From Pseudomonas aeruginosa (GTDB taxonomy: Bacteria; Pseudomonadota; Gammaproteobacteria; Pseudomonadales; Pseudomonadaceae), in the NCBI RefSeq assembly GCF_001457615.1, contig NZ_LN831024.1, forward strand, positions 540,001 through 572,000: a stretch of 32,000 bases of DNA. The letters are read 5' to 3'. How positions within the stretch are numbered: the stretch's first letter is position 1; every line of letters begins with the position of its first letter. The notes beneath the pieces were generated by a model, which ran no database searches, was not told where the DNA came from, and saw only the letters and a list, made by a program, of their open reading frames with translations. Positions 18,506-30,603 of this stretch are shown here, one piece after another. Position numbers and translations under genes: made by a program.

Positions 18506-20284
18506 ATGGCTGATTACAAAGCTCCGCTGCGCGACATGCGCTTCGTCCTCAATGAGGTGTTCGAGGTCTCCCGGCTCTGGGCGCAACTGCCGGCGCTGGC
18601 CGAAGTGGTCGACGCCGAGACCGCCGCGGCGATCCTCGAAGAGGCCGGCAAGGTCACCGCCGGTACCATCGCCCCGCTGAACCGTCCGGGCGACGAGGAA
18701 GGCTGCCAGTGGAACGCTGGCGCGGTGAGCACCCCGGCCGGCTTCCCCGAGGCCTACCGGACCTACGCCGAAGGCGGCTGGGTCGGCGTCGGCGGTGATC
18801 CGGCCTACGGCGGCATGGGTATGCCCAAGGTGATCTCGGCGCAGGTCGAGGAACTGGTCAACTCGGCCAACCTGTCGTTCGGCCTGTATCCGATGCTGAC
18901 CGCCGGCGCCTGCCTGGCGCTCAATGCCCATGCCAGCGACGAACTGAAGGACAAGTACCTGCCGAACATGTACGCCGGTATCTGGGCCGGTTCCATGTGC
19001 CTGACCGAGCCGCATGCCGGCACCGACCTGGGCATCATCCGCACCAGGGCCGAGCCGCAGGCCGACGGCTCCTACAAGATCAGCGGGACCAAGATCTTCA
19101 TCACCGGCGGCGAGCATGACCTGACCGAGAACATCATCCACCTGGTGCTGGCCAAGCTGCCCGACGCCCCGGCCGGGCCGAAGGGCATCTCGCTGTTCCT
19201 GGTACCGAAGGTGCTGGTCAACGCCGACGGTTCGCTGGGCGAGAAGAACAGCCTGGGTTGCGGCTCCATCGAGCACAAGATGGGGATCAAGGCCTCGGCC
19301 ACCTGCGTGATGAACTTCGACGGCGCTACCGGTTGGCTGGTGGGCGAGGTCAACAAGGGCCTGGCGGCGATGTTCACCATGATGAACTACGAGCGCCTTG
19401 GCGTCGGCATCCAGGGCCTGGCCACCGGCGAGCGCTCCTACCAGAGCGCCATCGAATATGCCCGCGAGCGTATCCAGAGCCGCGCGCCGACCGGCCCGGT
19501 GGCCAAGGACAAGGCCGCCGACCCGATCATCGTGCACCCCGACGTGCGTCGCATGCTGCTCACCATGAAGGCGCTGAACGAAGGCGGCCGCGCCTTCTCC
19601 AGCTACGTCGCGATGCAGCTGGACACCGCCAAGTACAGCGAAGACGCGGTCACCCGCAAGCGCGCGGAAGAGCTGGTGGCGCTGCTGACCCCGGTGGCCA
19701 AGGCATTCCTCACCGACATGGGGCTGGAAACCACCATCCATGGCCAGCAGATCTTCGGTGGCCACGGCTTCATCCGCGAATGGGGCCAGGAGCAACTGGT
19801 GCGCGACTGTCGCATCACGCAGATCTACGAAGGCACCAATGGCATCCAGGCGCTCGACCTGGTGGGGCGCAAGGTGATCGGCAGCGGCGGCGCCTTCTCC
19901 CGTCACTTCACCGACGAGATCAAGGCCTTCGTCGCTTCCGCCGACGAGGCCCTGGGCGAGTTCAGCAAGCCGCTGGCGGCCGCCGTGGAGAACCTGGAAG
20001 AGCTGACCGCCTGGCTGCTCGACCGCGCCAAGGGCAATCCCAACGAGATCGGCGCGGCGTCGGTCGAATACCTGCATGTGTTCGGCTACACCGCCTATGC
20101 CTACATGTGGGCATTGATGGCGCGCACCGCGCTGGCCAAGCAGGGCGAGGACGACTTCTACGCCAGCAAGCTGGGTACCGCGCGCTTCTACTTCGCCCGC
20201 CTGCTGCCGCGCATCCATTCCCTGAGCGCCTCCGTGCGCGCCGGCAGCGAGTCGCTGTACCTGCTGGACGCCGAGCAGTTCTGA
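18506..20284 (+). CDS. acyl-CoA dehydrogenase (FadE2-like, paralog 3)
   Basis: 592 aa: [28 protein letters not shown]...GSMCLTEPHAGTDLGIIRTRAEP...FGGHGFIREWGQEQLVRDCRITQIYEGTNGIQALDLVGRK. Confidence 0.95.
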   Translation: MADYKAPLRDMRFVLNEVFEVSRLWAQLPALAEVVDAETAAAILEEAGKVTAGTIAPLNRPGDEEGCQWNAGAVSTPAGFPEAYRTYAEGGWVGVGGDPAYGGMGMPKVISAQVEELVNSANLSFGLYPMLTAGACLALNAHASDELKDKYLPNMYAGIWAGSMCLTEPHAGTDLGIIRTRAEPQADGSYKISGTKIFITGGEHDLTENIIHLVLAKLPDAPAGPKGISLFLVPKVLVNADGSLGEKNSLGCGSIEHKMGIKASATCVMNFDGATGWLVGEVNKGLAAMFTMMNYERLGVGIQGLATGERSYQSAIEYARERIQSRAPTGPVAKDKAADPIIVHPDVRRMLLTMKALNEGGRAFSSYVAMQLDTAKYSEDAVTRKRAEELVALLTPVAKAFLTDMGLETTIHGQQIFGGHGFIREWGQEQLVRDCRITQIYEGTNGIQALDLVGRKVIGSGGAFSRHFTDEIKAFVASADEALGEFSKPLAAAVENLEELTAWLLDRAKGNPNEIGAASVEYLHVFGYTAYAYMWALMARTALAKQGEDDFYASKLGTARFYFARLLPRIHSLSASVRAGSESLYLLDAEQF

Positions 20285-20303
20285 GGCCTGGCGCCTGAGA
20301 CGG

Positions 20304-20329
20304 AAAGCCCCGCGATGCGGGGCTTTTTT
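20304..20329 (+). terminator. rho-independent terminator
   Basis: AAAGCCCCGC-GAT-GCGGGGCTTTTTT. Confidence 0.9.
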
Positions 20330-20368
20330 CTGGGCGCCGGGGGCTCGGCGCGCGGGACGGGTGGGGGG

Positions 20369-20556
20369 GATATCCGCTTGCGGCTATCCGCCATTCCCAG
20401 GGTTTTCTCGGGGCCGTGATGGGACAGGGTGATCGGCGGATAACGCCGTTGGCGTTATGCCCTACGGCTCCTCGCGCAGGGTGGGCGGTAGGGCGAATAA
20501 CCGCTTGCGGTTATCCGCCATTCCCGTGGTTTTTCTCGTGCCGTGAGGGGACAGGG
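20369..20556. repeat. REP-like intergenic palindromic repeat cluster
   Basis: Two direct copies of TATCCGCTTGCGGCTATCCGCCATTCCCAGGTTTTCTCGGGGCCGTGATGGGACAGGGT (about 20371-20430) and TAACCGCTTGCGGTTATCCGCCATTCCCGTGGTTTTTCTCGTGCCGTGAGGGGACAGGGT (about 20498-20556), with CGGATAACGCCGTTGGCGTTATGCCCTACGG (20437-20467) between them. Confidence 0.8.
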
Positions 20557-20615
20557 TTGTCGCGGTCCGCCGCGGAGGATACGGGGATATCCGTTGATGG
20601 CGTCTCGCCCGAGCC

Positions 20616-22097
20616 TCAGTGCGAGGTTCCCTCCGCATAGCCGATCTTGTTGCCGACGTTGTACTTGCCCGACGGCTTGTTCATCGGCAGTCGCTTCACT
20701 TCCTCCAGGCTGTGCGCGTCGTAGACCACCAGCGCGCCGTCGCGGTCCCAGACGCTGAGCAGGGCGTAGCGGCCGTCGCGGGTGAACTCGACGTGGCCGG
20801 CCACCTTGCCCGGGCTGGGGCGCAGGCGATGGGCGATTTCCAGGGTCTGCTTGTCGATCAGCAGGATCTCGTCGTGTTTCTTGCCAAGGAAGGTATCGGT
20901 CCAGGCGTAGGGCGAGTCGGCATGGCTGCGCATGAAGAAGCCGGGGCCGTCGGTGACGATTTCCTTCAACGGCTTCCAGTTTTGCAGGTCGATCACCGAG
21001 ATCACCCCGCGGCTGATGTTCGGCGTAGCGAACACCCAGCGCCCGTCGCGCTTCCAGTAGATGCCCGAGCCGAGGTGCGGCATGCCCGACAGCGGGATCG
21101 AGGCGACCCGCGCGCCGCTGTCCAGCTCGATCACCTCGCCGCCCCTGGCCTGCCGCGAGCTGCCCAGCAGGTAGCGGTAGTCGGGGCTGAAGGAGAAGTC
21201 GTCGAGGTAGTCGGCCACCGCCAACCGTTTCGGCGCGACCGGCTTGCCGTTGGCATAGGGCAGCTCCCACAGCTCGTGGACGTCCTTCAGGGCGACCACG
21301 AAGCTGTGTCGCGGCGGTGCCGTGTATACCGCGCTGACCCGCGAGGCCTGGCCCTGGGCGTCGGCCGCCGGGATGACCTGCACCAGGGACAGGTCGCGGG
21401 CGTCCAGCAGCACCAGGTTGCCGGGCAGGTAGTTGCCCACCAGGACCCAGTGCCCGTCGTCGCTGACCGCCAGGTTGCGCGTGTTGAGGCCGGCGCGGAC
21501 CTCGGCGACCACCTTCAGGTTGTACAGGTCGTAGAGGGTCACCCAGCCGTCGCGCGAGGCGAAGTACACCAGGCGCCCGTCCGGGGAGAACTTCGGACCT
21601 CCGTGCAGGGCGTAGCGCGAGGGGAAGCGGGCGATGGGCTCGAAGCGATCGCCGTCGAGGATGGTCACGTAGTGGTCGCCGGACTCCACCACCACGAACA
21701 GGTTCAGCGGGTCGGCCTCGAAGCGGGGCCTGGACGGCAGGGTGGCGAGGGGATGCGGCTGAACCTGGCTGGCCCGGATGTCCTCGGCGCTCCACTGCGG
21801 TTCGCGCGGCGGCGCCTGGTAGAGATAGGCGACCAGGGCGTCCGCCGCGGCGTCGTCCAATTGACCGGCAAAGCCGGCCATCTGGGTTGCCGGACGACCG
21901 TGCAGGATCACCTCGCGGGCCTGCGCCGGCTTCAGCCGCGAAAGGCTTTCCGGGAGCAGGGTCGGGCCGCTGCCGCCGAGCCGCCCGGCGCCGTGGCAGG
22001 CCTGGCAGTGCTGGCGGTAGAGCGCTTCCCCCGGCGCTTCGCCGGCCTGTGCGAGGGCGCCGAGGAGCAGGCCGAGGGCGAGGCCGATCAGGCGCAT
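20616..22097 (-). CDS. nirN: cytochrome c / d1-type protein NirN
   Basis: 493 aa with signal peptide [23 protein letters not shown] heme c motif, and a cytochrome d1-like propeller paralogous to NirS. Confidence 0.95.
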   Translation of the reverse strand: MRLIGLALGLLLGALAQAGEAPGEALYRQHCQACHGAGRLGGSGPTLLPESLSRLKPAQAREVILHGRPATQMAGFAGQLDDAAADALVAYLYQAPPREPQWSAEDIRASQVQPHPLATLPSRPRFEADPLNLFVVVESGDHYVTILDGDRFEPIARFPSRYALHGGPKFSPDGRLVYFASRDGWVTLYDLYNLKVVAEVRAGLNTRNLAVSDDGHWVLVGNYLPGNLVLLDARDLSLVQVIPAADAQGQASRVSAVYTAPPRHSFVVALKDVHELWELPYANGKPVAPKRLAVADYLDDFSFSPDYRYLLGSSRQARGGEVIELDSGARVASIPLSGMPHLGSGIYWKRDGRWVFATPNISRGVISVIDLQNWKPLKEIVTDGPGFFMRSHADSPYAWTDTFLGKKHDEILLIDKQTLEIAHRLRPSPGKVAGHVEFTRDGRYALLSVWDRDGALVVYDAHSLEEVKRLPMNKPSGKYNVGNKIGYAEGTSH

Positions 22098-22927
22098 GCG
22101 ACGGCCTCGCGGCTGACCGGCGAGCCGGCGCCCAGGTATGACGGATGCGCCATCGCGCGCTCGGCGAAGAGCGCGACCACCTGGCCGACGACGATCAGCG
22201 TCGGCGGCTTCAACTGGTAGCGTCGCGCCAGCGCCGGCAGCTCGGCAAGGGCGCCGCGGGTCACCTGCTGGCCCGCCTGGGTGCCCTGGCTGACCAGCGC
22301 CGCCGGGGTGTCGCTGGCGAGGCCGTGCTCGACCAGGCGCGCGGCGATCTCGGCGAGGTTGCCCAGGCCCATGTAGAACACCAGGGTCTGCTTGCCACGC
22401 GCCAGGCCGGCCCAGTCGAGGTCGAGGCGGCCGTCGTTCTGCAGGTGGCCGGTGACGAAGGTGCAGGACTGGGCGAGGTCGCGGTGGGTCAGCGGGATGC
22501 CGGCGTAGGTACTGCAACCGGAGGCGGCGGTGACGCCGGGGACCACCTGGCAGTCGACGCCGGCTTCGAGCAGGCGCTCCAGCTCCTCGGCGCCGCGACC
22601 GAAGATGAACGGGTCGCCGCCTTTCAGGCGGACCACCCGGCGTTGCTGCCGGGCCAGGCGCACCAGCAGCTCGTTGATTTCTTCCTGCGGCAGGCTGTGG
22701 TGGCCGCAGCGCTTGCCGACGTAGATGCGCTGGCAGCTTTCCGGCAGAAGGGCGATCAGCTCGCGGGCGACCAGGCGGTCGTAGACCACCACCTCGGCCT
22801 GTTGCAGCAGGGCCCAGGCGCGCAGGGTGAGCAGGCCCGGATCGCCGGGGCCGGCGCCGACCAGGGCGACGCTGCCGGCAGGGAAATCGACATCGAGGAG
22901 GGACGGCGGAATCACGGTAGTGTTCAT
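22088..22927 (-). CDS. nirE: uroporphyrinogen-III C-methyltransferase
   Basis: 279 aa: [36 protein letters not shown]...[15 protein letters not shown]...[21 protein letters not shown]. Located in the nir operon. Confidence 0.95.
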   Translation of the reverse strand: MNTTVIPPSLLDVDFPAGSVALVGAGPGDPGLLTLRAWALLQQAEVVVYDRLVARELIALLPESCQRIYVGKRCGHHSLPQEEINELLVRLARQQRRVVRLKGGDPFIFGRGAEELERLLEAGVDCQVVPGVTAASGCSTYAGIPLTHRDLAQSCTFVTGHLQNDGRLDLDWAGLARGKQTLVFYMGLGNLAEIAARLVEHGLASDTPAALVSQGTQAGQQVTRGALAELPALARRYQLKPPTLIVVGQVVALFAERAMAHPSYLGAGSPVSREAVACA

Positions 22928-22937
22928 GAGGCTTTCC

Positions 22938-24101
22938 TTAGACGGCGTGCAGCGCGATGCGCTCGAGGCCGATTTCCTGATCGCTGAGGTAGCAGCCGGG
23001 GTCTTCGCCCCAGAGTTCTCCGCCGGCCCAGGCGCGGGTGCGGGTGTTGCCGTTGCAGATGTCCAGCCAGCGGCATTGGCTGCAGCGCCCGACCACCGGT
23101 CGCGGGCGCTGGCGCAGTTGCAGGAGCAGCGGGTCGGGGCGCTCGAACCAGAAGTCGGCGAAGCGCTGATGGCGGATGTTGCCGACGCTGTGGTGCCACC
23201 AGTAGCTGTCCGGATGCACCTCGCCGGTGTTGTCGATGTTGGCGATGCCCTCGCCCGAGGCGTTGCCGCCCCAGTCCAGCAGCAGCTCGCAGAGACGCGC
23301 CAGTTGCTGCGGGCGGCGGCGCTTGAGCCAGTCGAGGAGAAGGATCGCGTCGGCGTCGTTGTTGCCGGTGACGAAGTCGCTGTCGCGCCCCTGCCGGATG
23401 TCCTCGTCGGCCCGTTCGAAGAGCAGCGCGAGGGCCTCGCGGGTGCGCCGGTGGTGGGCGTCGAGGGCGCGGCTGCGGCGGCCGCGGCCACTGTAGTTGA
23501 GGTGCGAGAGGTAGAACTTCTGCACGTCGAGTTCGCGCATCAGGTCGAGCAGTGCCGGTAGTTGCGCGGCGTTCTCCTCGGTCAGGGTGGTGCGCATGCC
23601 GACGCGGATATCCGCCTCGCGGCACAGGCGCATGGCCGCCAGCGCGGCGTCGAAGCTGCCCTGCTTCTGGCGGAAGCGGTCGTGGGTCTCGCGCAGGCCG
23701 TCGAGGCTGATGCCGACGTAGTCGAAGCGGGCCTCGGCCACGCGCTGGATGTTGCCTTCGTCGATCAGCGTACCGTTGCTCGACAGCGCCACGAACATCC
23801 CGGCCTGGCGCGCATGGGCGGCGATCTCGAAGAGGTCCGGGTGCATCAGCGGCTCGCCGCCGGAGAGGATCAGCACGCGCACTCCGGCGGCGCGCAGGTC
23901 GTCGATGCCGCGAAGGATTTCCGCGGTCTCCAGCTCGCCACGGAAGTCGCTGTCGGCGGAGGTGGAGTAACAGTGCTTGCAGGTCAGGTTGCAGCGCCGC
24001 AGCAGGTTCCAGATCACCACCGGGGCGCGCCTGCCGCCGGCGCGGCGCGGCGTCGGCGCGTCCTCGGCGAGGCTGCGCAGGTAATGGCTGATCCTCAGCA
24101 T
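22938..24101 (-). CDS. nirJ: radical SAM heme d1 biosynthesis protein NirJ
   Basis: 387 aa from [14 protein letters not shown]: [23 protein letters not shown] radical SAM motif and a C-terminal Cys-rich segment [17 protein letters not shown]. Confidence 0.96.
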   Translation of the reverse strand: MLRISHYLRSLAEDAPTPRRAGGRRAPVVIWNLLRRCNLTCKHCYSTSADSDFRGELETAEILRGIDDLRAAGVRVLILSGGEPLMHPDLFEIAAHARQAGMFVALSSNGTLIDEGNIQRVAEARFDYVGISLDGLRETHDRFRQKQGSFDAALAAMRLCREADIRVGMRTTLTEENAAQLPALLDLMRELDVQKFYLSHLNYSGRGRRSRALDAHHRRTREALALLFERADEDIRQGRDSDFVTGNNDADAILLLDWLKRRRPQQLARLCELLLDWGGNASGEGIANIDNTGEVHPDSYWWHHSVGNIRHQRFADFWFERPDPLLLQLRQRPRPVVGRCSQCRWLDICNGNTRTRAWAGGELWGEDPGCYLSDQEIGLERIALHAV

Positions 24102-24610
24102 GGACGTTCCTCCTTCTGCGCCAGGCGCAGGCCGGTCTTCTTCAGGATGCGGCTGCTCACCAGCATCTCGTCGGCGCGACAGTCCTCGCCGAGCAGCAGG
24201 CGGATCTGCTGGCGATAGCCTTCGATCTCCGCTTCGCTGCGGCCGTGAACCATGGCGAACAGGTTGTAGCGCCACTGCGGCAGATGGCGCGGGCGCCGGT
24301 AGCAATGGCTGACGAAGGACAGCCCGCCGACCAGCCGGCCGAGGCGTTCGATGCGTTCGTCGGCGACGTCCCAGACGGTCATGCCGTTGTGCCGGTAGCC
24401 AAGGCGATAGTGGTTGGGCACCGCGGCGATGCGCCGGATCACCCCGGCGTCGCGCAGGCGCTTCAGCAGCGCCAGGGTCTCCGCCTCGCTCAGCCGCAGT
24501 TGCGCGGCGATCCACGCCCAAGGGTCGGCGACCAGCGGCAGGCCGGCCTGGGTCAGTTCGATCAGGCGGCGGGCGAGCAGGGCGTCAGAGGGGGAAATGC
24601 AGGCCGACAT
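24095..24610 (-). CDS. nirH: siroheme decarboxylase-type Lrp/AsnC family protein
   Basis: 171 aa: ALLKRLRDAGVIRRIAAVPNHYRLGYRHNGMTVWDV. Position in nirDLGH. Confidence 0.92.
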   Translation of the reverse strand: MSACISPSDALLARRLIELTQAGLPLVADPWAWIAAQLRLSEAETLALLKRLRDAGVIRRIAAVPNHYRLGYRHNGMTVWDVADERIERLGRLVGGLSFVSHCYRRPRHLPQWRYNLFAMVHGRSEAEIEGYRQQIRLLLGEDCRADEMLVSSRILKKTGLRLAQKEERPC

Positions 24611-25028
24611 GGTAGGTCGCCTCCTTGGGCAGGTCGAGTACCGCCAGCCCGCTCTCGCGCTCCAGCCGTGCGAGGGTCTCGGCGACCTCCGCCGGGCTGT
24701 CGCAGGCGACCACCAGCCACATGTTCAGGGCGTGCTCGCGACGGTAGTTGTGGGCGACCTGCGGCCAGCCGGCGAGCAGCGCGGCGATCTCTTCGAAACG
24801 CGCCTCCGGCACGCTCATGGCGGCCAGGGTGAAGGCACCGCCGAGGGGCTCGATATCGAACAGCGGACCGAAGCGGGTCAGGGTGCCGTCGTCGAGCAGG
24901 TCGTCCAGGCGGCGCAGGATGTCTTCCTCGCGGCAATCCAGCTCGGCGGCGAGCAGCGCGTAGGGATGCGGCTCCAGCGGCAGGCCGTGTTGCAGGCGGT
25001 TCAGCAGGCGCCGGTCGAACTCATCCAT
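24585..25028 (-). CDS. nirG: siroheme decarboxylase-type Lrp/AsnC family protein
   Basis: 147 aa: [58 protein letters not shown]. Confidence 0.92.
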
Positions 25029-25545
25029 GGCGGCGCTCCAGGTCGGCCGGCGGCGCGGTGTAGCGGCCGCCGCACTGCTTGTAGGCGCGCAGGCTGAACA
25101 GCCAGCGGTGCGGTGTCTGGCGCAGGGCGTGGCGCTCCAGCAGCGCCTCGATCTGGCGTTCCACTTCGCCGCGCTCGCGGCCGTGGATCATGCAAAACAG
25201 GTTGTATGGCCACATCGGCAGGCGACGCGGGCGGCGGTAACAGAGCGAGACGATCGTTTCGTGGGCGAGGGCGCGGCCGACGGCGTCGACCTCCGCGTCG
25301 GCGACGTCCAGCACCAGCATGGCGTTGGCGGTATAGCCCAGGGCGCGGTGGTGGAGGATCACCCCGAAGCGGCGGAACAGGCCGTCTTCGTCCCAGCGGC
25401 GGACCTGTTCCAGCACTTCGTCTTCGCCGGCGCCGATGCGTTCGGCGAGCACCCGGTAGGGCCGGCTGGCCAGCGGCAGGCCCTGTTCCAGCAGGTAGCG
25501 CAGGTGTTGCCGCTGCGGCGCGGCGAGGGGTTCGACGGGGTTCAT
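25021..25545 (-). CDS. nirL: siroheme decarboxylase-type Lrp/AsnC family protein
   Basis: 174 aa from [51 protein letters not shown]...[15 protein letters not shown]. Confidence 0.92.
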
Positions 25546-25994
25546 CGGCTGGCCTCCAGGGGAAACGCGAGGTCGATGCAGTAGGCTTCCTGCATCGGCA
25601 GGTCGAGGGGTTGCAGGCCGGTGTCGGCGGCGATCTCCGCCAGTACCCGGTCGAGTTGCGCGCGGTCGCCGGCGGTGAGCACGAACCACAGGTTGTAGCG
25701 GTGTTCGCGCTGGTAGTTGTGGTTGACCTCGGCGTACTGGCTGATGCGCTCGGCGACCCGTTGCAGACGCTCCTCGGGCACCGCCAGGGCAGCCAGGGTG
25801 CTGGCCCCGGCGCGTTGGTGGCGGAGCACCGGGCCGACCCGCGACAACGCGCCGTCGGCTTCCAGGCGACGCAGCCGTTCGAGCACCTCGGCTTCGCTGC
25901 AACCCAGGGTCTCGGCCATCCGCCGATAGGGTTCCGCGCAGATCGGCAGGCCTTTCTGGTAGCGGGCGAGGAGGCGGCGGGAGAGGTCGTCCAT
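25542..25994 (-). CDS. nirD: siroheme decarboxylase-type Lrp/AsnC family protein
   Basis: 150 aa: [63 protein letters not shown]. Confidence 0.93.
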
Positions 25995-26002
25995 GGTGCC
26001 TC

Positions 26003-27181
26003 CTAGAGTCCGATGTGCTGGGCGCGGTGGCTGAAGAAGATGCCGCTCGGGCTGCGGGCCGGAAGGCTGCCGATGCGCTTCAGGCGGTACGGGTCCCAGA
26101 CCTGCAACTGGTCGGCGTCGCGCACCGAGATCCAGACCTGGTCGCCGCGCCCGCTGAATTCCATGTGCAGTACGCCGGGGCCAGGGCGCAGGGTTTCGAT
26201 CACTTCGTGGGTCTCGCTGTCGATGACCTGCACCTTGTCGTTGTCCGGGTAGGCGAAGTTGACCCAGATCTGCCGGTCGTCCGGTCGAGTCATGACGAAC
26301 ACCGGCTGGCCGGCGACGTCGATGGCGTCGGTCTGCTTCCAGTCGCGCGCGTCGAGCACCAGCACCTGGTGATGGCCGACCGCCGGGACGAAGGCCTGGT
26401 CGCTGGCGATGGTCCAGCCCTCCAGGTGCGGCATCTTGTACACCGGCAGCTTGCGTTGGCCGCGGCCGTAGTCGCCGAGTACGCGCCTGACGCCGCGCTC
26501 CGGGTGCCAGAGGTCGAGCTGGGCCATGCCGTCCTCGCCGAACAGCCCGGCCATGTAGTAGCGCCCGTCGGGGCTGATGAGGGCGTCGTAGGGTTGCTTG
26601 CCGATATCGCGGAAGCGGGTCAGGTGCGGCGTGTCGCCCTGGCTGAAGTCGGCGATCCAGATCTCGCCGCTGTCGAACAGGCTGAACACGAAGCGCTGCC
26701 CGGGCGCGTCGACCAGGCCGACCACCCGGGAGTTCCTGTCCTGGCCGGGGAGGCGGGTGGCGGGAATCTCGGCGACCAGCTCCAGGGTGCGGCTGTCGAA
26801 CACCTTGACCCCGCCCGGCTCGTAGTTGGATACCGCGACCAGCCGACCGTCCTGGCTGATCGCTCCGCCGATGCTGTTGCCGCCCTGGATCAGGCGCTTG
26901 TCGATGCGCTGGGCCAGCAGGTCGAGCTTGGTCAGGCCGCCGTCGCGACCGAATACGTAGGCGTAGCGCTGGTCGCGGGAGAACACCAGGGAGGCGTGGG
27001 ACAGGTCGCCGAGGCCTTCGACCCGCGCCAGCGAGGTCTTCGCCGTGCCGTCGAGGATCTGCACGCTGCCGTCGGCGCGTTCGATCAGCACGCCGAGGTC
27101 GCCGCTGCCGCGCAAGGGCGGCTGCTGGCTACAGCCGGCGAGCAGGGCGAGGAAAAGCGGCGCGAGGGGACGCAGGTTCAT
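26003..27181 (-). CDS. nirF: heme d1 biosynthesis lipoprotein/propeller protein NirF
   Basis: 392 aa with lipobox [20 protein letters not shown] and a d1-like propeller sequence. Confidence 0.95.
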
Positions 27182-27537
27182 GGGGCGATCTCTCCTTCGA
27201 TCAGGCGGTCCACCAGCCAGCCGGCGTCGTCTTCGCTGAGCAGGCCGGCCCAGGGGGGCATCGGGGTTTGCGGACGGCCCATGAGCACGGTGGCGACCAG
27301 CGATTCGCGCGGCTTGCCGCGCAGGGCCTCGGGGGTCAGCGCCGGGCCGAGGCCGCCGGTCAGGCGCAGGCCGTGGCAGGAGCCGCAGTCCTGCAACAGC
27401 AGGTGACGCAACTGGGCCTGGCGACGGGCATCGGGATGCTCGTCGGCCAGGCCCGGAAGAGGACAGGCGAACGTCAGCGCGAGGGCCAGCCACAAGGCGT
27501 GGCTGGCGGCGCGCCGGAAGTCCGGAGGGGCGTTCAT
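27178..27537 (-). CDS. nirC: cytochrome c NirC
   Basis: 119 aa, signal peptide, CGSCHG heme motif. Position between nirM and nirF. Confidence 0.93.
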   Translation of the reverse strand: MNAPPDFRRAASHALWLALALTFACPLPGLADEHPDARRQAQLRHLLLQDCGSCHGLRLTGGLGPALTPEALRGKPRESLVATVLMGRPQTPMPPWAGLLSEDDAGWLVDRLIEGEIAP

Positions 27538-27848
27538 TTCTGCGACAGGACCCACTTCGCCAGGGTCTGCGCCTCGTCGTCGCTGACCGCGTTCGGCGGC
27601 ATCGGGATCGGGCCCCAGACGCCCTGGCTGCCGTTCTTGATCCGCTGCGCGAGTTCCGCTTCGGCGCCGGCCTGGCCGGCGAACTTGGCGGCGACGTCCT
27701 TGTAGGCCGGGCCGACCATCTTGGTGTCGATGGCATGGCAGGCCACGCAGCCCTTGTTCTTGAACAGCACTTCGGGGTCTTCGGCCCAGGCGCCCTGGGC
27801 GAGCAGGGTGCCGGTGGCGAGCAGCGAAAGCAGTGCGTACGGTTTCAT
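27534..27848 (-). CDS. nirM: cytochrome c-551
   Basis: 104 aa: [59 protein letters not shown], the recognisable P. aeruginosa c551. Confidence 0.98.
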   Translation of the reverse strand: MKPYALLSLLATGTLLAQGAWAEDPEVLFKNKGCVACHAIDTKMVGPAYKDVAAKFAGQAGAEAELAQRIKNGSQGVWGPIPMPPNAVSDDEAQTLAKWVLSQK

Positions 27849-27898
27849 CACGGTTCCTCGTAGGGGGGAGCGTGCGGGGCGTGCCCCGCACGCGGGTC

Positions 27899-29608
<1,710 letters not shown>

Positions 29609-29699
29609 CTATCTCCTCAGGAGCCCTGCGAGGCGCTCCCTTAGCAGTGTTTTGGGGGTGGCTGCGTCGGGAACTCCCGGGAATTCATGGCGCGAAAGG

Positions 29700-29742
29700 A
29701 TCATAGAAAGCAGGGTCTTTACCCTTGCTTGACCGGAATCAA
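29700..29742. promoter_or_regulatory. ANR/DNR (FNR-type) box and -10 for nirS
   Basis: TTGAC-CGGA-ATCAA (29729-29742). On the minus strand a TATGAT -10 lies at 29705-29700, 33 nt centre to centre, as expected for a class II FNR-type promoter. Confidence 0.85.
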
Positions 29743-29820
29743 GATTGCGTTGCTTTGCGCTTGTGGCACCTTCCAACTGTGAATAGCGTGCGGTCCTAAT
29801 CCCTAGCGCAGGAGTAGGAC

Positions 29821-30603
29821 ATGCGGGACGCGACACCCTTCTACGAGGCCACCGGCCATGAGATCGAAGTCTTCGAGCGCGCCTGGCGGCACGGCCTGCC
29901 GGTATTGCTCAAGGGCCCCACCGGTTGCGGCAAGACCCGCTTCGTCCAGTACATGGCGCGGCGCCTGGAACTGCCGCTGTACAGCGTCGCCTGCCACGAC
30001 GACCTGGGCGCCGCCGACCTGCTCGGCCGCCATCTGATCGGCGCCGACGGCACCTGGTGGCAGGACGGCCCGCTGACCCGCGCGGTGCGCGAAGGCGGTA
30101 TCTGCTACCTGGACGAAGTGGTGGAGGCGCGCCAGGACACCACGGTCGCCATCCACCCGCTGGCCGACGACCGCCGCGAGCTGTACCTGGAGCGCACCGG
30201 CGAGACGTTGCAGGCGCCGCCTTCGTTCATGCTGGTGGTGTCCTACAACCCCGGCTACCAGAATCTGCTCAAGGGCCTGAAGCCCAGCACCCGGCAGCGT
30301 TTCGTCGCGTTGCGCTTCGACTACCCGGCGGCGCAGCAGGAGGCACGCATCCTGGTCGGCGAGAGCGGTTGTGCCGAGGCCCTGGCGCAGCGCCTGGTGC
30401 AGTTGGGCCAGGCGCTGCGGCGGCTGGAGCAGCACGACCTGGAGGAAGTCGCCTCGACCCGCCTGCTGATCTTCGCCGCGCGCCTCATCGGCGACGGCAT
30501 GGACCCGCGCGAGGCGTGCCGGGTGGCGCTGGCCGAACCGCTCTCGGACGATCCGGCGACGGTGGCGGCGCTGATGGACATCGTCGATCTCCATGTCGCC
30601 TGA
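29821..30603 (+). CDS. nirQ: AAA+ (MoxR/NorQ family) denitrification regulatory/chaperone protein
   Basis: 260 aa: VLLKGPTGCGKTRFVQYMARRLELPLYSVACHDDLGAADLLGRHLI. Divergent from nirS. Confidence 0.96.
   Translation: MRDATPFYEATGHEIEVFERAWRHGLPVLLKGPTGCGKTRFVQYMARRLELPLYSVACHDDLGAADLLGRHLIGADGTWWQDGPLTRAVREGGICYLDEVVEARQDTTVAIHPLADDRRELYLERTGETLQAPPSFMLVVSYNPGYQNLLKGLKPSTRQRFVALRFDYPAAQQEARILVGESGCAEALAQRLVQLGQALRRLEQHDLEEVASTRLLIFAARLIGDGMDPREACRVALAEPLSDDPATVAALMDIVDLHVA

Noticed and set aside
20369-20556. CRISPR-like spacing of repeats
   Set aside because: Only two full copies, imperfect and about 127 bp apart. Cores are REP-like palindromes and there are no cas genes.
20619-22220. 533-aa plus-strand ORF opposite nirN
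   Set aside because: Antisense shadow of nirN, no recognisable family signature.
22098-22517. N-terminal extension of the nirN ORF to 22517
   Set aside because: The extension is antisense-like low-complexity sequence overlapping nirE. The signal peptide start [18 protein letters not shown] at 22097 gives a sensible 493-aa NirN.
24095-25994. Four consecutive Lrp/AsnC-like ORFs as a novel regulatory array
   Set aside because: These are the known nirD-L-G-H siroheme decarboxylase genes of heme d1 biosynthesis, so not novel.
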